NCBI GenBank assembly: GCA_950072105.1
Contig: CATMOE010000012.1
Coordinates: forward strand, 1 to 64,000
DNA: 64,000 nucleotides
Direction: 5' to 3'
From: an uncultured Dehalococcoidia bacterium
GTDB lineage: Bacteria > Chloroflexota > Dehalococcoidia > Lucifugimonadales > UBA3495
Positions 18,012 through 28,626 of the stretch are shown here, one piece after another (the stretch's first letter is position 1; each line of letters begins with the position of its first letter). The notes under the pieces were generated by a model. That model was not told where the DNA came from. It worked only from the letters and a program-made list of their open reading frames with translations, and did not search any database. Position numbers and translations under genes: made by a program.

Positions 18012-19364
18012 TTGGCTATGATCCTTGAACTCCCTCATGTTGGCGAGTCGGTGGTGGAAGGCACCATCGGCAAGTGGCTAAAACAGCCCGGCGACAAGCT
18101 GATGCGGTTCGAGCCTCTGGTCGAGGTGATAACCGACAAAGTAACCATGGAAGTCCCTTCCCCTATCGACGGCTCTCTCCTAAAGATCCTGGCTCAAGAA
18201 GGAGAAACGGTGCCCATGGGAGCCCCTATAGCCGAACTCGAAACTGCCGACGGCTCCGATGGAGCAGCCCTTGCGCCGGCAGCAGATCCGACCCCGGCTC
18301 CGGCAGCGGCCAAGCAACCTGCACCCGTCGGCACAACCGGTTATCTCGTCAAGAACATCAACCCCGTGGGCCCCACCGGAGGCGGAGTCGAGGCCGAGCT
18401 AGAGAGCCCGGCTCCGGTCCAGGCACAACAACAAGCGCCTCCTCCAACTGACCAGTCAACGCCGGAGGCCCCCGGCGGAGCCAGCCGGCCCTCTCCCGCG
18501 GTGCGCCGTTTGGCCCGGGAACACGGTGTGGACCTGGCCCAGGTCAGCGGCACCGGACTTGGCGGCCGTATAACCCGCGACGACTTGATACGGTACGTTG
18601 AAGCCAAAGAATCGCCCGCCGGAACTCCGACACAAGTGAAACCGCCGCCACAGCCGGAAGCCGGCGCCGACGAGCAACATGTACCCTTAACTCCGGTGCG
18701 CCGGATGATTGCCGATGCCATGGTCCGTAGCGTGAGCCAGATCCCCCATGCATGGAGCACGATCGAGGTGGACGTAACCGGATTGGTCGCCCTACGCGCC
18801 CAGGTCAGAACGGCCTTCGAGCAAAGGGAGGGAGTGGACCTTACCTATATGCCCTTCGCCATAAAGGCGTTGGCGGAGTCGCTGAAAGAACATCCTACGC
18901 TCAACGCCAGTTGGGGCGGCGATAAGATCACCCTGAAGCGCCGGATCAACGTGGGAATCGCCGTGGCCGCCCCCCAAGGATTGGTCGTCCCGGTGATTCA
19001 CGACGCCGACCGGTTGAGCATCGCTGGACTGGCAACAGCCTTGCGGGACCTAACCCAGCGGGCAAGGCAGAACAGACTCACCATCGAAGACGTACAGGGC
19101 GGGACCTTCACTTTGAATAACACCGGCGCGTTGGGGTCCATCATCTCCTATCCCATCATCAACCATCCCCAAGCGGCGATCCTGACCACCGAGGCCATTC
19201 AGAAACGGGCGATGGTGCGAGACGACGCCATCGCCATTCGGTCCATGATGAACATCTGCATGGCCTTCGACCACCGCATCAACGACGGAGCGGAATCGGG
19301 CGCATTCTTGCAGGCGGTCAAGTCCCGCCTGGAGTCTATGGGACCCGACACTCCTCTCTACTGA
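18012..19364 (+). CDS. Dihydrolipoamide acyltransferase E2
   Basis: Lipoyl domain EVITDKV, subunit-binding SPAVRRLA...GTGLGGRI, catalytic FDHRINDG. Confidence 0.95.
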   Translation: MAMILELPHVGESVVEGTIGKWLKQPGDKLMRFEPLVEVITDKVTMEVPSPIDGSLLKILAQEGETVPMGAPIAELETADGSDGAALAPAADPTPAPAAAKQPAPVGTTGYLVKNINPVGPTGGGVEAELESPAPVQAQQQAPPPTDQSTPEAPGGASRPSPAVRRLAREHGVDLAQVSGTGLGGRITRDDLIRYVEAKESPAGTPTQVKPPPQPEAGADEQHVPLTPVRRMIADAMVRSVSQIPHAWSTIEVDVTGLVALRAQVRTAFEQREGVDLTYMPFAIKALAESLKEHPTLNASWGGDKITLKRRINVGIAVAAPQGLVVPVIHDADRLSIAGLATALRDLTQRARQNRLTIEDVQGGTFTLNNTGALGSIISYPIINHPQAAILTTEAIQKRAMVRDDAIAIRSMMNICMAFDHRINDGAESGAFLQAVKSRLESMGPDTPLY

Positions 19365-19374
19365 GCCGCCTCCC

Positions 19375-20052
19375 GTGCCCACTCCCAGCCCATGCCAGAT
19401 AATCCGGTTGGGAACCGTGGAGTATCACCGCGCCTGGGAGCTGCAGGTGGAACTGGCGGCCAAGGTCCACGACGGCGCACAGCCCAACACGTTGCTGCTA
19501 TTGGAGCATTCCCCGGTTTACACCAAGGGCCGCCTGAGCAAGCCTGAACATATTCTGTTAAGCGACGAAGAGCTGCGCCAAAAGGGGATCGGGGTTTACG
19601 AGGCGGACCGGGGAGGGCAAGTGACCTTCCATGGCCCCGGCCAACTGGTGGCCTACCCGGTGGTGGACCTGCGAGAGTGGGGCGGGCCGGTAAAGTACGT
19701 CCGCACCCTGGAGCGAATCATCGTCGATTCACTTGCCGACTTCAAGATAACCGCCGAAACGATCGACGGAATCACCGGCGTTTGGGTGGATGGCGCAAAG
19801 ATCGCCGCCATCGGAGTCAAGATCAGCCGAGGTGTCGCCTACCACGGCTTCGCCATCAACGTCACCACCGACCTGTCCTACTACAGCCACATCGTCCCCT
19901 GTGGCATCGCCGACCGCCCCGTAACCTCCATGGCCGAGGTTTTAGGCGAAGACGTGGACATGGGAATGGCCCAATACAGCCTGGCTTATCAGTTTGGGAA
20001 AGGGATGGGGTTTCGGATGGTGGAGGCGGAGCTAGAACCTATCCAGATCTAG
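19375..20052 (+). CDS. lipB: Lipoyl(octanoyl) transferase LipB
   Basis: LLEHSPVYT, DRGGQVTFHGPGQLV, KIAAIG, HGFAIN and IVPCG motifs. Confidence 0.95.
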   Translation: MPTPSPCQIIRLGTVEYHRAWELQVELAAKVHDGAQPNTLLLLEHSPVYTKGRLSKPEHILLSDEELRQKGIGVYEADRGGQVTFHGPGQLVAYPVVDLREWGGPVKYVRTLERIIVDSLADFKITAETIDGITGVWVDGAKIAAIGVKISRGVAYHGFAINVTTDLSYYSHIVPCGIADRPVTSMAEVLGEDVDMGMAQYSLAYQFGKGMGFRMVEAELEPIQI

Positions 20053-20063
20053 GGAGATTAGCC

Positions 20064-21254
20064 ATGCCGGTTTCTGACAAAGTACGGGGATTCATGGATC
20101 AGGGCGGGTGGATCCGCCGGATGTTTGAGGCGGGCATCACCTTGAAGGCGCAGCACGGCGAGGACAACGTATTCGACCTGTCCCTGGGCAACCCGGTTGT
20201 GGAGCCGCCGGAGGAGTTCCGCCGGGAGCTACGCCGTCTGGCCGAGAACCCGGTCAAGGGTATGCACCGCTATATGCCCAACAACGGCTACCTGGAAACC
20301 CGGCAAGCGGTGGCCGACGGCCTGAAATCTGAGACCGGCATTCCCTTCTCCGCCGGCGACATCGTCATGACCTGCGGGGCGGCGGCGGCGATAAACGTGG
20401 TGCTAAAGACCATCCTCAACCCCGGTGAAGAGGTCATCCTCCTCTCTCCCTACTTCGTCGAGTATGGGTACTACGTGGACAACCACTCCGGCGTCGCGGT
20501 GGTGGTGGCCACCGGCGAGGATTTCCAACCGGACATGGCCGCTATTGAAGCCGCGATCACACCCAAGACCAGGGCGATAATCATCAACTCGCCCAACAAT
20601 CCATCAGGGGTCATCTACTCCGCCGACTGCCTGCGGACGTTGGGCGAATTGCTGAACCGTAAGCAGCGGGAACACGGTTCGGAGATATTCATCATCAGCG
20701 ACGAACCGTACCGGCGAATAATCTACGACGGCTTGAGCTACCCTCAGGTGTTTCCCCACTACGAGAACACCATCGTGGTCAACTCCCATGCCAAGGACCT
20801 AGCCCTACCCGGCGAACGCATCGGTTACATGGCGGTCAACCCCGCCTATCCCCATCGGGAGGAGTTGTCCAACGGTCTGACCTTCTGTAACCGCACCCTA
20901 GGGTTCGTGAACGCCCCAGCCTTGATGCAACACATTGTCCGGGCGCTTCAAGGGGTCAGCGTGGACATCGCCGAATATCAGCAAAAGCGGGACTTTCTCT
21001 ACACCCGGCTCACCGGCATGGGTTACTCGGTGGTCAAACCCCAGGGAGCTTTCTACTTGTTCCCAAAGTCGCCGATAGAGGACGACGCCGCCTTCGTGGA
21101 CACGTTGCAGGAGCGGTTGGTGTTGACGGTACCGGGCCGGGGATTCGGAACGCCGGGATACTTCCGCATCTCCTACTGTCTTGAGGACCGGGTGCTGGAG
21201 GGGGCGATGGACGGGTTCGCTCGGGCCATTGAACAGGTTGGGCAACAAGGCTAA
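20064..21254 (+). CDS. PLP-dependent aminotransferase class I/II (aspartate aminotransferase-like)
   Basis: SLGNP, NSPNNPSG, SDEPY and SHAKDLALPGERIG motifs; GGGAG RBS before MPVSDK. Confidence 0.93.
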   Translation: MPVSDKVRGFMDQGGWIRRMFEAGITLKAQHGEDNVFDLSLGNPVVEPPEEFRRELRRLAENPVKGMHRYMPNNGYLETRQAVADGLKSETGIPFSAGDIVMTCGAAAAINVVLKTILNPGEEVILLSPYFVEYGYYVDNHSGVAVVVATGEDFQPDMAAIEAAITPKTRAIIINSPNNPSGVIYSADCLRTLGELLNRKQREHGSEIFIISDEPYRRIIYDGLSYPQVFPHYENTIVVNSHAKDLALPGERIGYMAVNPAYPHREELSNGLTFCNRTLGFVNAPALMQHIVRALQGVSVDIAEYQQKRDFLYTRLTGMGYSVVKPQGAFYLFPKSPIEDDAAFVDTLQERLVLTVPGRGFGTPGYFRISYCLEDRVLEGAMDGFARAIEQVGQQG

Positions 21255-21360
21255 CAGTTACTGCGGAATCTCTTTTGAGCTTTGTTGCATCGCCAGCTAG
21301 GGCGATGGGTAGAATCAGTCAAACGAATTTGATCGGGCCGTAACCTAGGAGGCAGGAGCC

Positions 21361-22122
21361 GTGAGCGCACAAGGGAAGGTTGCTATTGTCACCGGAGCTG
21401 GAACCGGGATCGGCAAGTGTACCGCCTTGGCTTTTCTGGAGGACGGGTACGCCGTTGCTCTGGCTGGACGCCGGGCCGAGTTGTTGGAGAAGGCTGCGGC
21501 AGAGGCCAGGCCGGCTGCCTCCCGGACGCTGACAGTGCCCACTGATGTGGCGGACCCCTCATCCGTGCGCGCCCTGTTCTCCGCAACCAAGGAGAGATTC
21601 GGAAAGGTAGATGTCGTGTTCAACAACGCCGGATCCACTTCGATCGGTATACCATTGGAGGATCCGACCTACGAACAATGGAAAGCCGTGGTGGACGTCA
21701 ACTTGACTGGAACGTTTCTGTGTACCCAGGAAGCATTTCGCATCATGAAGAGTCAGGACCCCAGGGGCGGTAGGATCATCAATAACGGGTCCGTCTCGGC
21801 TCACGTACCGAGACCCAACTCCGCGCCTTACACAGCAACCAAACACGGGATAACTGGCCTTACCAGGTCAACGTCGTTGGATGGCCGCAAATACGATATC
21901 GCCTGCGGCCAGATTGACATTGGCAACGCTGAAACTGCGCCGCTGGCGGCGGCCGTTAATGCAGGGCTTCCCCAGGCCCACGGAGCCGTCTTCACCGAGC
22001 CGACCATGGATCCGTACGACGTTGCCCGCGCAGTGGTCTTCATGTCAAGCCTGCCCTTGGACGCCAACGTACAGTTCATGACCGTCATGGCAACGAAGAT
22101 GCCCTATATCGGCCGCGGGTGA
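21361..22122 (+). CDS. Short-chain dehydrogenase/reductase
   Basis: [12 protein letters not shown] and YTATK motifs. Confidence 0.93.
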   Translation: MSAQGKVAIVTGAGTGIGKCTALAFLEDGYAVALAGRRAELLEKAAAEARPAASRTLTVPTDVADPSSVRALFSATKERFGKVDVVFNNAGSTSIGIPLEDPTYEQWKAVVDVNLTGTFLCTQEAFRIMKSQDPRGGRIINNGSVSAHVPRPNSAPYTATKHGITGLTRSTSLDGRKYDIACGQIDIGNAETAPLAAAVNAGLPQAHGAVFTEPTMDPYDVARAVVFMSSLPLDANVQFMTVMATKMPYIGRG

Positions 22123-22271
22123 CGTGACCCTACATATTAGTTATCAGCAGTGGCCGTTGCAGAAACTCGCAGACCTGGGCCTCAGTTGGTGGTCTGTTTA
22201 ATGGGTAATCGGTGTTTCAGGTCGGCCGGCTCAACAGCCTAGCCATTGTACCCTAGGAATCAGGCTGATCC

Positions 22272-23675
22272 TTAAGCTTGCCCGGACCTCCGGCGGCGAA
22301 GGCGAGCAGGCGGACGGGGGAGGGGGATGATTAGGTAGCAGGCGGCCGCCAGCCCGTAGATAACCGCCAAAGGTATCAGCGCCCAAAAATATCCAGACTC
22401 GTTATGGTCGAAGATCCAGCCCATCCACACCGGAGTGCTCATGGACATCAACTGGTCGGGTAGATGTTGCCATCCCCGAAGAGTGGCGTAGCTCCTCCGT
22501 CCAAAGTAGTCCCCCATTATGGCCCAAGCCAGCGGATTTGCGCTTTCCGAGAAAGCCAGCAAAACGACAAATATTGCCAACTGCCAAATGTGGCCGCTCT
22601 GGTTCAAGATCGATAATAGGGCCACCACGCCAGTTGCCATCGCAACCGAGCTAAGCTTCTCCTTGGACCATTTATCTCCCATCCACCCCACCACAGGGTT
22701 GAATATCATGGTGCCCAGGGACAATCCTCCGATAAAGAGGGCGGCGAGGGCAGCGCTGGAGAGACCAACCTCTCCGCGAGCAATCTCGCCCTCCAGGAAC
22801 CAGACCATCACCGGAGCCAGTAGAAATGACATTCCCGAATGGACGGTGTTACGCAAACCCACGGCCAATACGACAAGCCAAAAGGAGACGGTGGATAAGG
22901 CTTCCTTAGCGGTAAAGTCGGGGTCCCTAGCCATCTGCCGTAACGGCGCGGCGACTCTCGACGCTTCATGGGCTCCCCTTCCTCGCCCGCCATGCAGCCC
23001 CGATCCCGTTTGGCCGGGAACCACAGCGTCCGGCGCCGGGTCCCCATCCGGTAGCAAGCCCATGCTCTCAGGGGTACGCCTCACCAGCAGAGACAAGGGA
23101 ATAACGATAGCGATGATTCCGATGCCCGACACCAGAGCCGCCGTACGCCATCCTACGGTGAGCACCAGCAATCCCATCAGCGGCGTCACCAGAAATCCGC
23201 CCAGCCCGGTGCCGGTGGAGGCGGTAGACATTGCCAGACTTCGTCTTCTACGAAACCACTGGTTCAAAGCGGGAACTGTCGCGTTGTTGTAGCCGGCCCG
23301 GAAGCCCAGGGAAAGCAGCCCCACGAAAACCAACAGGAAATACCCATAGCTTTTGGTTAACGTCAGCAGGATGAAACCCACGCCCGACGCGACGCCGCCA
23401 AATATCAGCATGGTCTTCGCGCCCAAGCGGTCGGTGGCGTACCCGGCCAGTGGGCCCAGGATACCCGCCACCATGCGTCCCAACATGTCGGCGACAGAGA
23501 TGGCGGCCACACCGATGCCCAGTTCTTGCCGCAAGGGGAGAACGTACAAGGTAAAGCCCCGATTGAAGGTACCGTGCTTCAACGCGTCGATAATCGCGCT
23601 GACGACGACGATCCACCAACCATAGAAGACATTGTTACGGCGGCCCCATAGAGTTTTTGGATTTAATTCAACCAA
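22272..23675 (-). CDS. MFS transporter
   Basis: About 12 TM helices; GYATDRLG and GWMGDKW motif A variants; central PESMGLLPDG loop. Confidence 0.9.
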   Translation of the reverse strand: MVELNPKTLWGRRNNVFYGWWIVVVSAIIDALKHGTFNRGFTLYVLPLRQELGIGVAAISVADMLGRMVAGILGPLAGYATDRLGAKTMLIFGGVASGVGFILLTLTKSYGYFLLVFVGLLSLGFRAGYNNATVPALNQWFRRRRSLAMSTASTGTGLGGFLVTPLMGLLVLTVGWRTAALVSGIGIIAIVIPLSLLVRRTPESMGLLPDGDPAPDAVVPGQTGSGLHGGRGRGAHEASRVAAPLRQMARDPDFTAKEALSTVSFWLVVLAVGLRNTVHSGMSFLLAPVMVWFLEGEIARGEVGLSSAALAALFIGGLSLGTMIFNPVVGWMGDKWSKEKLSSVAMATGVVALLSILNQSGHIWQLAIFVVLLAFSESANPLAWAIMGDYFGRRSYATLRGWQHLPDQLMSMSTPVWMGWIFDHNESGYFWALIPLAVIYGLAAACYLIIPLPRPPARLRRRRSGQA

Positions 23676-23982
23676 TATTTTTCATTTAATCCGAATCTTG
23701 ACTAGGCCGCGGCTAGCGGATCCATCACGCCTTCGCATATTAATGCCGGCCACCATTTCATCTTTAGTGACCTACTCTCAAAGTGCACGCCAGCACAGCG
23801 GGTGGCTGTAAACGAGGGTCTCGTGCCAGAAGAAAAAAGCGGGACCAAAGATTACTAGGGCATGACGGGCGACGGATGCCTCAGTATATAACCTTTTCCG
23901 ACCGCAGTAGTTTTGGCCGGTAAATGGCCGATCTCAAAAGCTAATGACGCCCATCTGTGTGTCAAGCCGGATACGGCGTATT

Positions 23983-24121
23983 TTATCCACCGGACCGCCA
24001 AGATTATCCACAGGTTAGGGCGACATACCGAGGAGTTGGACACAATATCGGGCCGGATATCAACCGAGATGAAAGGCGTTTCCCATAGGATTATCCACTC
24101 CTGAACCGGTATAGTGGACAA
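23983..24121. promoter_or_regulatory. DnaA-box cluster 2
   Basis: TTATCCACC 23983, TTATCCACA 24004 (perfect), ATATCAACC 24057, TTATCCACT 24091 and inverted AGTGGACAA 24113. Confidence 0.7.
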
Positions 24122-24200
24122 GCGGACTTGGTATTTGGTCGACGCTGCAAATTGGAAAATCCGGCGTAATATATACGAGTGGCAATAGTCCTAAGCCCAG

Positions 24201-24977
24201 ATGCAAATCGGTATTATGGAGCGACGGGTGGCTGACACGAGGTTTTCTGAACTAATGGGCCTAATCAAGGCCATACAGGCGTCCTCAGGACAAACAGTAT
24301 TAAACGAGATTGAGGGGGTTCAACGTAGCTTCGGGGTTGTGAAGCGCAACTACGATGAACTTATCAACGCGATACTCGCGTTCCAAGACGAGAAGGAAAT
24401 ACCCCGACTCTGGCCGCAACAGTCTCGCGATGTACGTCATGAGGCCATGGACGTAGTGGTCACCAGACTGCAAAACTTCCTTGCCGCTGCTTTCAGCTTA
24501 GTGGACCATGTGAGGCGTCATCGCAAACACCTCTACAGTGGCGAAGTCTTCGAAGTCTTCAATGAAGAGATCGCTGCCCAACTGCAGAGCCTGATTCTTG
24601 GTCGTCCTGAGCACTGGATAGCGCAGGGACTCAGAATTTATACTCTCCATGTGGGTCTGCCACCGATCAGCTTTGTCCTTCAAGGGAGAGGAGGCGAGCT
24701 AGTTGGTTCGAAGTTCCAGTTGAGCAAGGATGATTTGCTCAAGTGGGACGGCTGGAGTTCTCAAGCCCGACGTAGCATTGAAGGTGGGGACCACGGAATT
24801 ACACTTGAAGAGTTCATCAAAGTATATTTTAACCAACTTTCAGAGTTCTACGCGTGGCTCTGGCGCAGCCAATCAGCAGTCCATAGCGAAGAAATCGAAG
24901 CGGCGAATATACTAAGGGACGAAGCACGGGCACTCCACGAGGACTTGTACGGCCCGATTCACAAACAAATGAGTTGA
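24201..24977 (+). CDS. Hypothetical all-helical protein, possible HEPN-like nuclease
   Basis: 258-aa ORF with LQNFLAAAFSLVDHVRR and an RxxxxH motif (LRIYTLH); start uncertain (24201 or 24228). Confidence 0.6.
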   Translation: MQIGIMERRVADTRFSELMGLIKAIQASSGQTVLNEIEGVQRSFGVVKRNYDELINAILAFQDEKEIPRLWPQQSRDVRHEAMDVVVTRLQNFLAAAFSLVDHVRRHRKHLYSGEVFEVFNEEIAAQLQSLILGRPEHWIAQGLRIYTLHVGLPPISFVLQGRGGELVGSKFQLSKDDLLKWDGWSSQARRSIEGGDHGITLEEFIKVYFNQLSEFYAWLWRSQSAVHSEEIEAANILRDEARALHEDLYGPIHKQMS

Positions 24978-25142
24978 GTCAGTCGTTATCCGGATTTCGG
25001 GCCAATACGTGCTGCAAGCTGATTAGGATCCTTCCTGGCTCGCATTCAGATTGGCGAGATGATTCCCGTCCGACCCACGGCTAGGACCCAGCCAAATAGT
25101 CGGAAGTGAAAAGGGATCCGTTATCGAAATAGGAGGCTTTCT

Positions 25143-26522
25143 TTGGAGATCACCCGTAGAATCGCCGACTATGTAGTATCCACCCAATTGGAGGATTTCC
25201 CGCCCGATGGGATCCAGGCGGCCAAGGGCGCGATCATGGATTGCCTGGGTTGCGCCTTGGCGGGTAGCCGCGAGCCATTGGCGGACATATTGTCGGAATT
25301 CGTCCAGGCCAACGGGGGCGGGGCGTCGGCCAGCGTTATCGGACGGGGCTTCAAGACAACCGCGGCTGACGCGGCCCAAGTCAACGGAGCCATTTCCCAC
25401 GCCCTGGATTACGACGACATTACCCGTGCTCTCAAGGGTCACCCCACCGCCGTGCTTATGCCGCCGGCTCTGGCTTTGGCTGAATCCCAAGGAGCCACGG
25501 GACTGGAAATGCTGATGGCCTATATGCTGGGCTTTGAAGTGGCCTGCAGCATCGGTGAGGCCATGAGCCCGGAATATTACGATGAACTGGGTTGGCATCC
25601 CACGGGACCCGTGGGAGCGTTGGGCGCGGCGGTTGCCGCCTCCCGCATCTTGAAGCTGGACCGGGATCAGACCGCCATGGCCATCTCCCTGGCCGCGTCC
25701 CAGGCCGCCGGTCTCCGGCAAAACTTCGGCACCATGACCAAGCCGTTCCACGCCGGGGCCGCTTGCCGTACCGGAGTCACCGCCGCCCAGTTGGTAGCCG
25801 CCGGATTTACCGCCAGCCTGGATGCCATCGAGGGACGGTTCGGCTTCTTGCACGCCTTTTCCGGGGGAGCAGGATACGAAGCGGACCGGATATCAGAGAA
25901 TCTTGGCAAAACCTGTTATCTGGTCGAATCGGGCATCGAGATCAAAAAGTACCCATGTTGCGGCAGCGCCCACCTGGCGTTGGACGCCACCGCCCGAATC
26001 TTGGACCGTTCGCCGTTGAATGCCGCCAACATCGAGAAGATCGACGTGCTTGTGGACTTCGACCCTCCCCGCTCCCTGATCCACGACCGGCCGCGATCAG
26101 CCTTGGAAGGGAAGTTCAGCATGCAGTACTGTCTGGCCGCGGCCGTTCTGGACAATAAGGTTGGCATGGACGCGTTCACCGACCAACAGGTGTTGCGTCC
26201 CGAGGCCCAGGACCTCATACCCAAGATCACCATGCGCCGCTCGGCCGATTTCCAAGGGCAGCCGAGCTGGGTCGAGGCCTACAACCAGGTGGCCGTGCAC
26301 TTGAAAGACGGGACGGTGTTGACCGAGAGAGTTGACCGGATCAGAGAAGGCGCTCTACGGGGGGTGACCATGGACGAAATTATCGACAAGTTCCGTGATT
26401 GCGCGTCAACTATTCTAACCACGGACGACACCCAAGAACTCGTGGCCGGACTAAGCGAACTGGAACAACTACCAGACATCCGCCATATAGCTGATCTTTT
26501 GCGAGGAGACGGGGCTGGCTAA
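25143..26522 (+). CDS. MmgE/PrpD family protein
   Basis: SHALDYDD, GHP, GWHPT, GTMTKPFHAG, KKYPCC and KFSMQY motifs; AGGAGG RBS. Confidence 0.93.
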   Translation: MEITRRIADYVVSTQLEDFPPDGIQAAKGAIMDCLGCALAGSREPLADILSEFVQANGGGASASVIGRGFKTTAADAAQVNGAISHALDYDDITRALKGHPTAVLMPPALALAESQGATGLEMLMAYMLGFEVACSIGEAMSPEYYDELGWHPTGPVGALGAAVAASRILKLDRDQTAMAISLAASQAAGLRQNFGTMTKPFHAGAACRTGVTAAQLVAAGFTASLDAIEGRFGFLHAFSGGAGYEADRISENLGKTCYLVESGIEIKKYPCCGSAHLALDATARILDRSPLNAANIEKIDVLVDFDPPRSLIHDRPRSALEGKFSMQYCLAAAVLDNKVGMDAFTDQQVLRPEAQDLIPKITMRRSADFQGQPSWVEAYNQVAVHLKDGTVLTERVDRIREGALRGVTMDEIIDKFRDCASTILTTDDTQELVAGLSELEQLPDIRHIADLLRGDGAG

Positions 26523-26580
26523 GAAGAGCTGTTAATCGTCGCCGCGGAGTACGCGGGTTTTTTGGTAGCAGGGCAAACCT

Positions 26581-26608
26581 CTCCGTAGTCTCTGTGCCCT
26601 CCGTGGTG
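26581..26608. repeat. REP-like repeat, third copy of the CTC(C/T)GT family
   Basis: CTCCGTAGT CTCTGTGCC CTCCGTGGTG matches the 525-551 copy. Confidence 0.65.
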
Positions 26609-26659
26609 AGTTTTAACTCTGTACGTTACCTTAAGGTCCACGTGGCTGACTGCCGCCGT

Positions 26660-27469
26660 TCACTTGATTCGCTTTGCGGTCGAGATAAGACCAACGGTGT
26701 CCCGGATCTGTAGGTCGCCGAAAGAGTCGACAACCCAGTGGCGGCCTAATTCGGATCCACTTTTCGATTCTAACCGTTGACCTGAAGGCGACGGCTTCTC
26801 AACCAATTCGTCCTTCAAGAAACTCCCATCTTTGAAATATTGTTCCACGTACGATTTGCCGTCCTCACTGTACATCACGATCTGGTTACCGGTGACATCG
26901 TCCAACCACGTACCGATGTTTTCACGAGTGGAGACGAGAGGCCCACCGGCGTCGGCTCGTTCTTCTTGCCTGGCGAGGCCAAGGATGCGCACCTCAAGGG
27001 CCGGGTCGAAATGAGTGGTAGCCCAACCTCCGGCGCCCACCGGCATCCCTGGCAAGTAATACACGATGAAGGTACGTTCGTAGTGCCGCGAATCGCCCGA
27101 CTTCAACTCAAGGGCGATGGCTCGGAGTGCATCTTCGGTTACTTCCTCGTCTAGGCGTACATCGATACTCTTCCTGATACCGGTGACGATGTTTGTTTGA
27201 ATGATCGAATAGGTGGCCGTGGCAGGAACGACCGGAGCTTGGCCTTGCGGCTGCGTATTGGCGGCAAACGCCGCACTTATCATTGCGCTGATGTCGGGGG
27301 TGGCAACGGGCGTTAAGGGCATTGTTGTCGCCGAAGATACCCGCTGAAACCGCGGTGCCCGACTTGCCGCTTGGCCGGGGTCACCGTCACAAGAAGACGC
27401 AGCGATAGATATCAGGCACACGGCTAGAATCATGATTGTCCGCTTGGAAATTAAGAGGGGAGGGTACAT
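26660..27469 (-). CDS. Hypothetical lipoprotein
   Basis: AAGGA RBS, hydrophobic leader ending ASSC (lipobox-like), P/T/A-rich linker, globular C-terminus. Confidence 0.65.
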   Translation of the reverse strand: MYPPLLISKRTIMILAVCLISIAASSCDGDPGQAASRAPRFQRVSSATTMPLTPVATPDISAMISAAFAANTQPQGQAPVVPATATYSIIQTNIVTGIRKSIDVRLDEEVTEDALRAIALELKSGDSRHYERTFIVYYLPGMPVGAGGWATTHFDPALEVRILGLARQEERADAGGPLVSTRENIGTWLDDVTGNQIVMYSEDGKSYVEQYFKDGSFLKDELVEKPSPSGQRLESKSGSELGRHWVVDSFGDLQIRDTVGLISTAKRIK

Positions 27470-27555
27470 ATAATTCCTTAGCCATCTGGCTCCAGCCCAC
27501 ATTTATCCGCGATACAAATTATACTTTGATTCTCGGACCTAGGAACTGCCTTGAG

Positions 27556-28626
27556 TCAATATTTAGAACCCGTCTGCGGTTCATCTTTCTCAAGCCACTG
27601 GATCCAATTCCCATGGCTGCCGTTGTCCGCCAGGCGCCGGGTCGTCTTGAGGCCGTTTTGGTACTGAGTCAACTCAACGGCGCAGTGGTGCCCGCCCGCC
27701 CGGCCTTCGACTGAAATCAGGCTTAGGTCACGGACTGAACCGTGCTCTTCGACCATTTCGAGAAATCTTTCTCGGGCCTCCCGAGGAAATTAGTTCAACG
27801 TATTAGAGTGGTACAAGCACAGTGTCGAATCTAACGGAATCGATTCTAATACCTCGGGCAGCAACTCCAGGGCATCGCCGGCCAATAATCGAGGTGGGTC
27901 GTCCTTAGCCATTTCCAATGCGTCCTCCAGCATCTGGGCTTCGTCGACCCGCTCCGGCCAGACCAAAGCCCGCAGCCAATCGACCGCATCCGGGTCACTA
28001 ATATCCACCGGACTAAGGTCCAGTCCAACTCGAAAGACAACCTTGGGGATAGAATCGGGCAACGGAGGGCGCAGGTCTCCGCGGATAATGGACGACAGTT
28101 GGACCGGGTGATCAGGGTCGCCCCACCGCTGCGCATCGCTATAGGTATACGAATACCGGTCCCATAGCAGGTTCAATCCGGCGCTGGCTCCAATTTCCAC
28201 CAGAGAAAGAGGCTGGCCCGCGTCCCGGCCCATGGCTACGGCAAAGGCAGGCAAAAGCACCGCGCAGCGCCGCACCACGTTGGTCTGCACCAGACGGGTA
28301 CTTATCAGGTCGACGATTTCGTCGCCGTGTTCCAGGCAAAAAGACCGGAAGATCGGGTACGGGTCTCCATGAGTTGTCATCTCCGGGCTAATGTCTGGAT
28401 AGTATTCCGTCACCGTATGTTGTGCGCCCTTCGTCAACAGCCAATGAACCGCGGCCATGAACAGGTTCGGCGCCGGTTGGCCCGAACGCGCATTAGCCGC
28501 TAAAGCCAACAAGTCCTGCTCTTCGGCCAGGCTATGGCACAGACTTTCGTAAAGGGATGACATCCCCGGACATTCCAGTTCGGCAAATCGGTGAAACGTC
28601 AGGGCAAGCCGATCTAATTCTTGCAT
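27556..28626 (-). pseudogene. DUF2332 family gene with an in-frame premature TAA at 27790-27792
   Basis: VQTNVVRR, EIGASAGLNL and WLRALVWPE motifs. The frame continues past the stop (FPREARERF...HGNWIQW) to 27556. Confidence 0.8.

Noticed and set aside
19677..20063. N-terminal extension of the 525-aa aminotransferase ORF
   Set aside because: It overlaps lipB in another frame and is low-complexity and Arg-rich; the real start at 20064 has an RBS.
27790..27792. Stop-codon reassignment or selenocysteine/pyrrolysine readthrough
   Set aside because: The codon is TAA rather than TGA or TAG, and TAA is a normal stop in rpoB, rpoC and dnaA.
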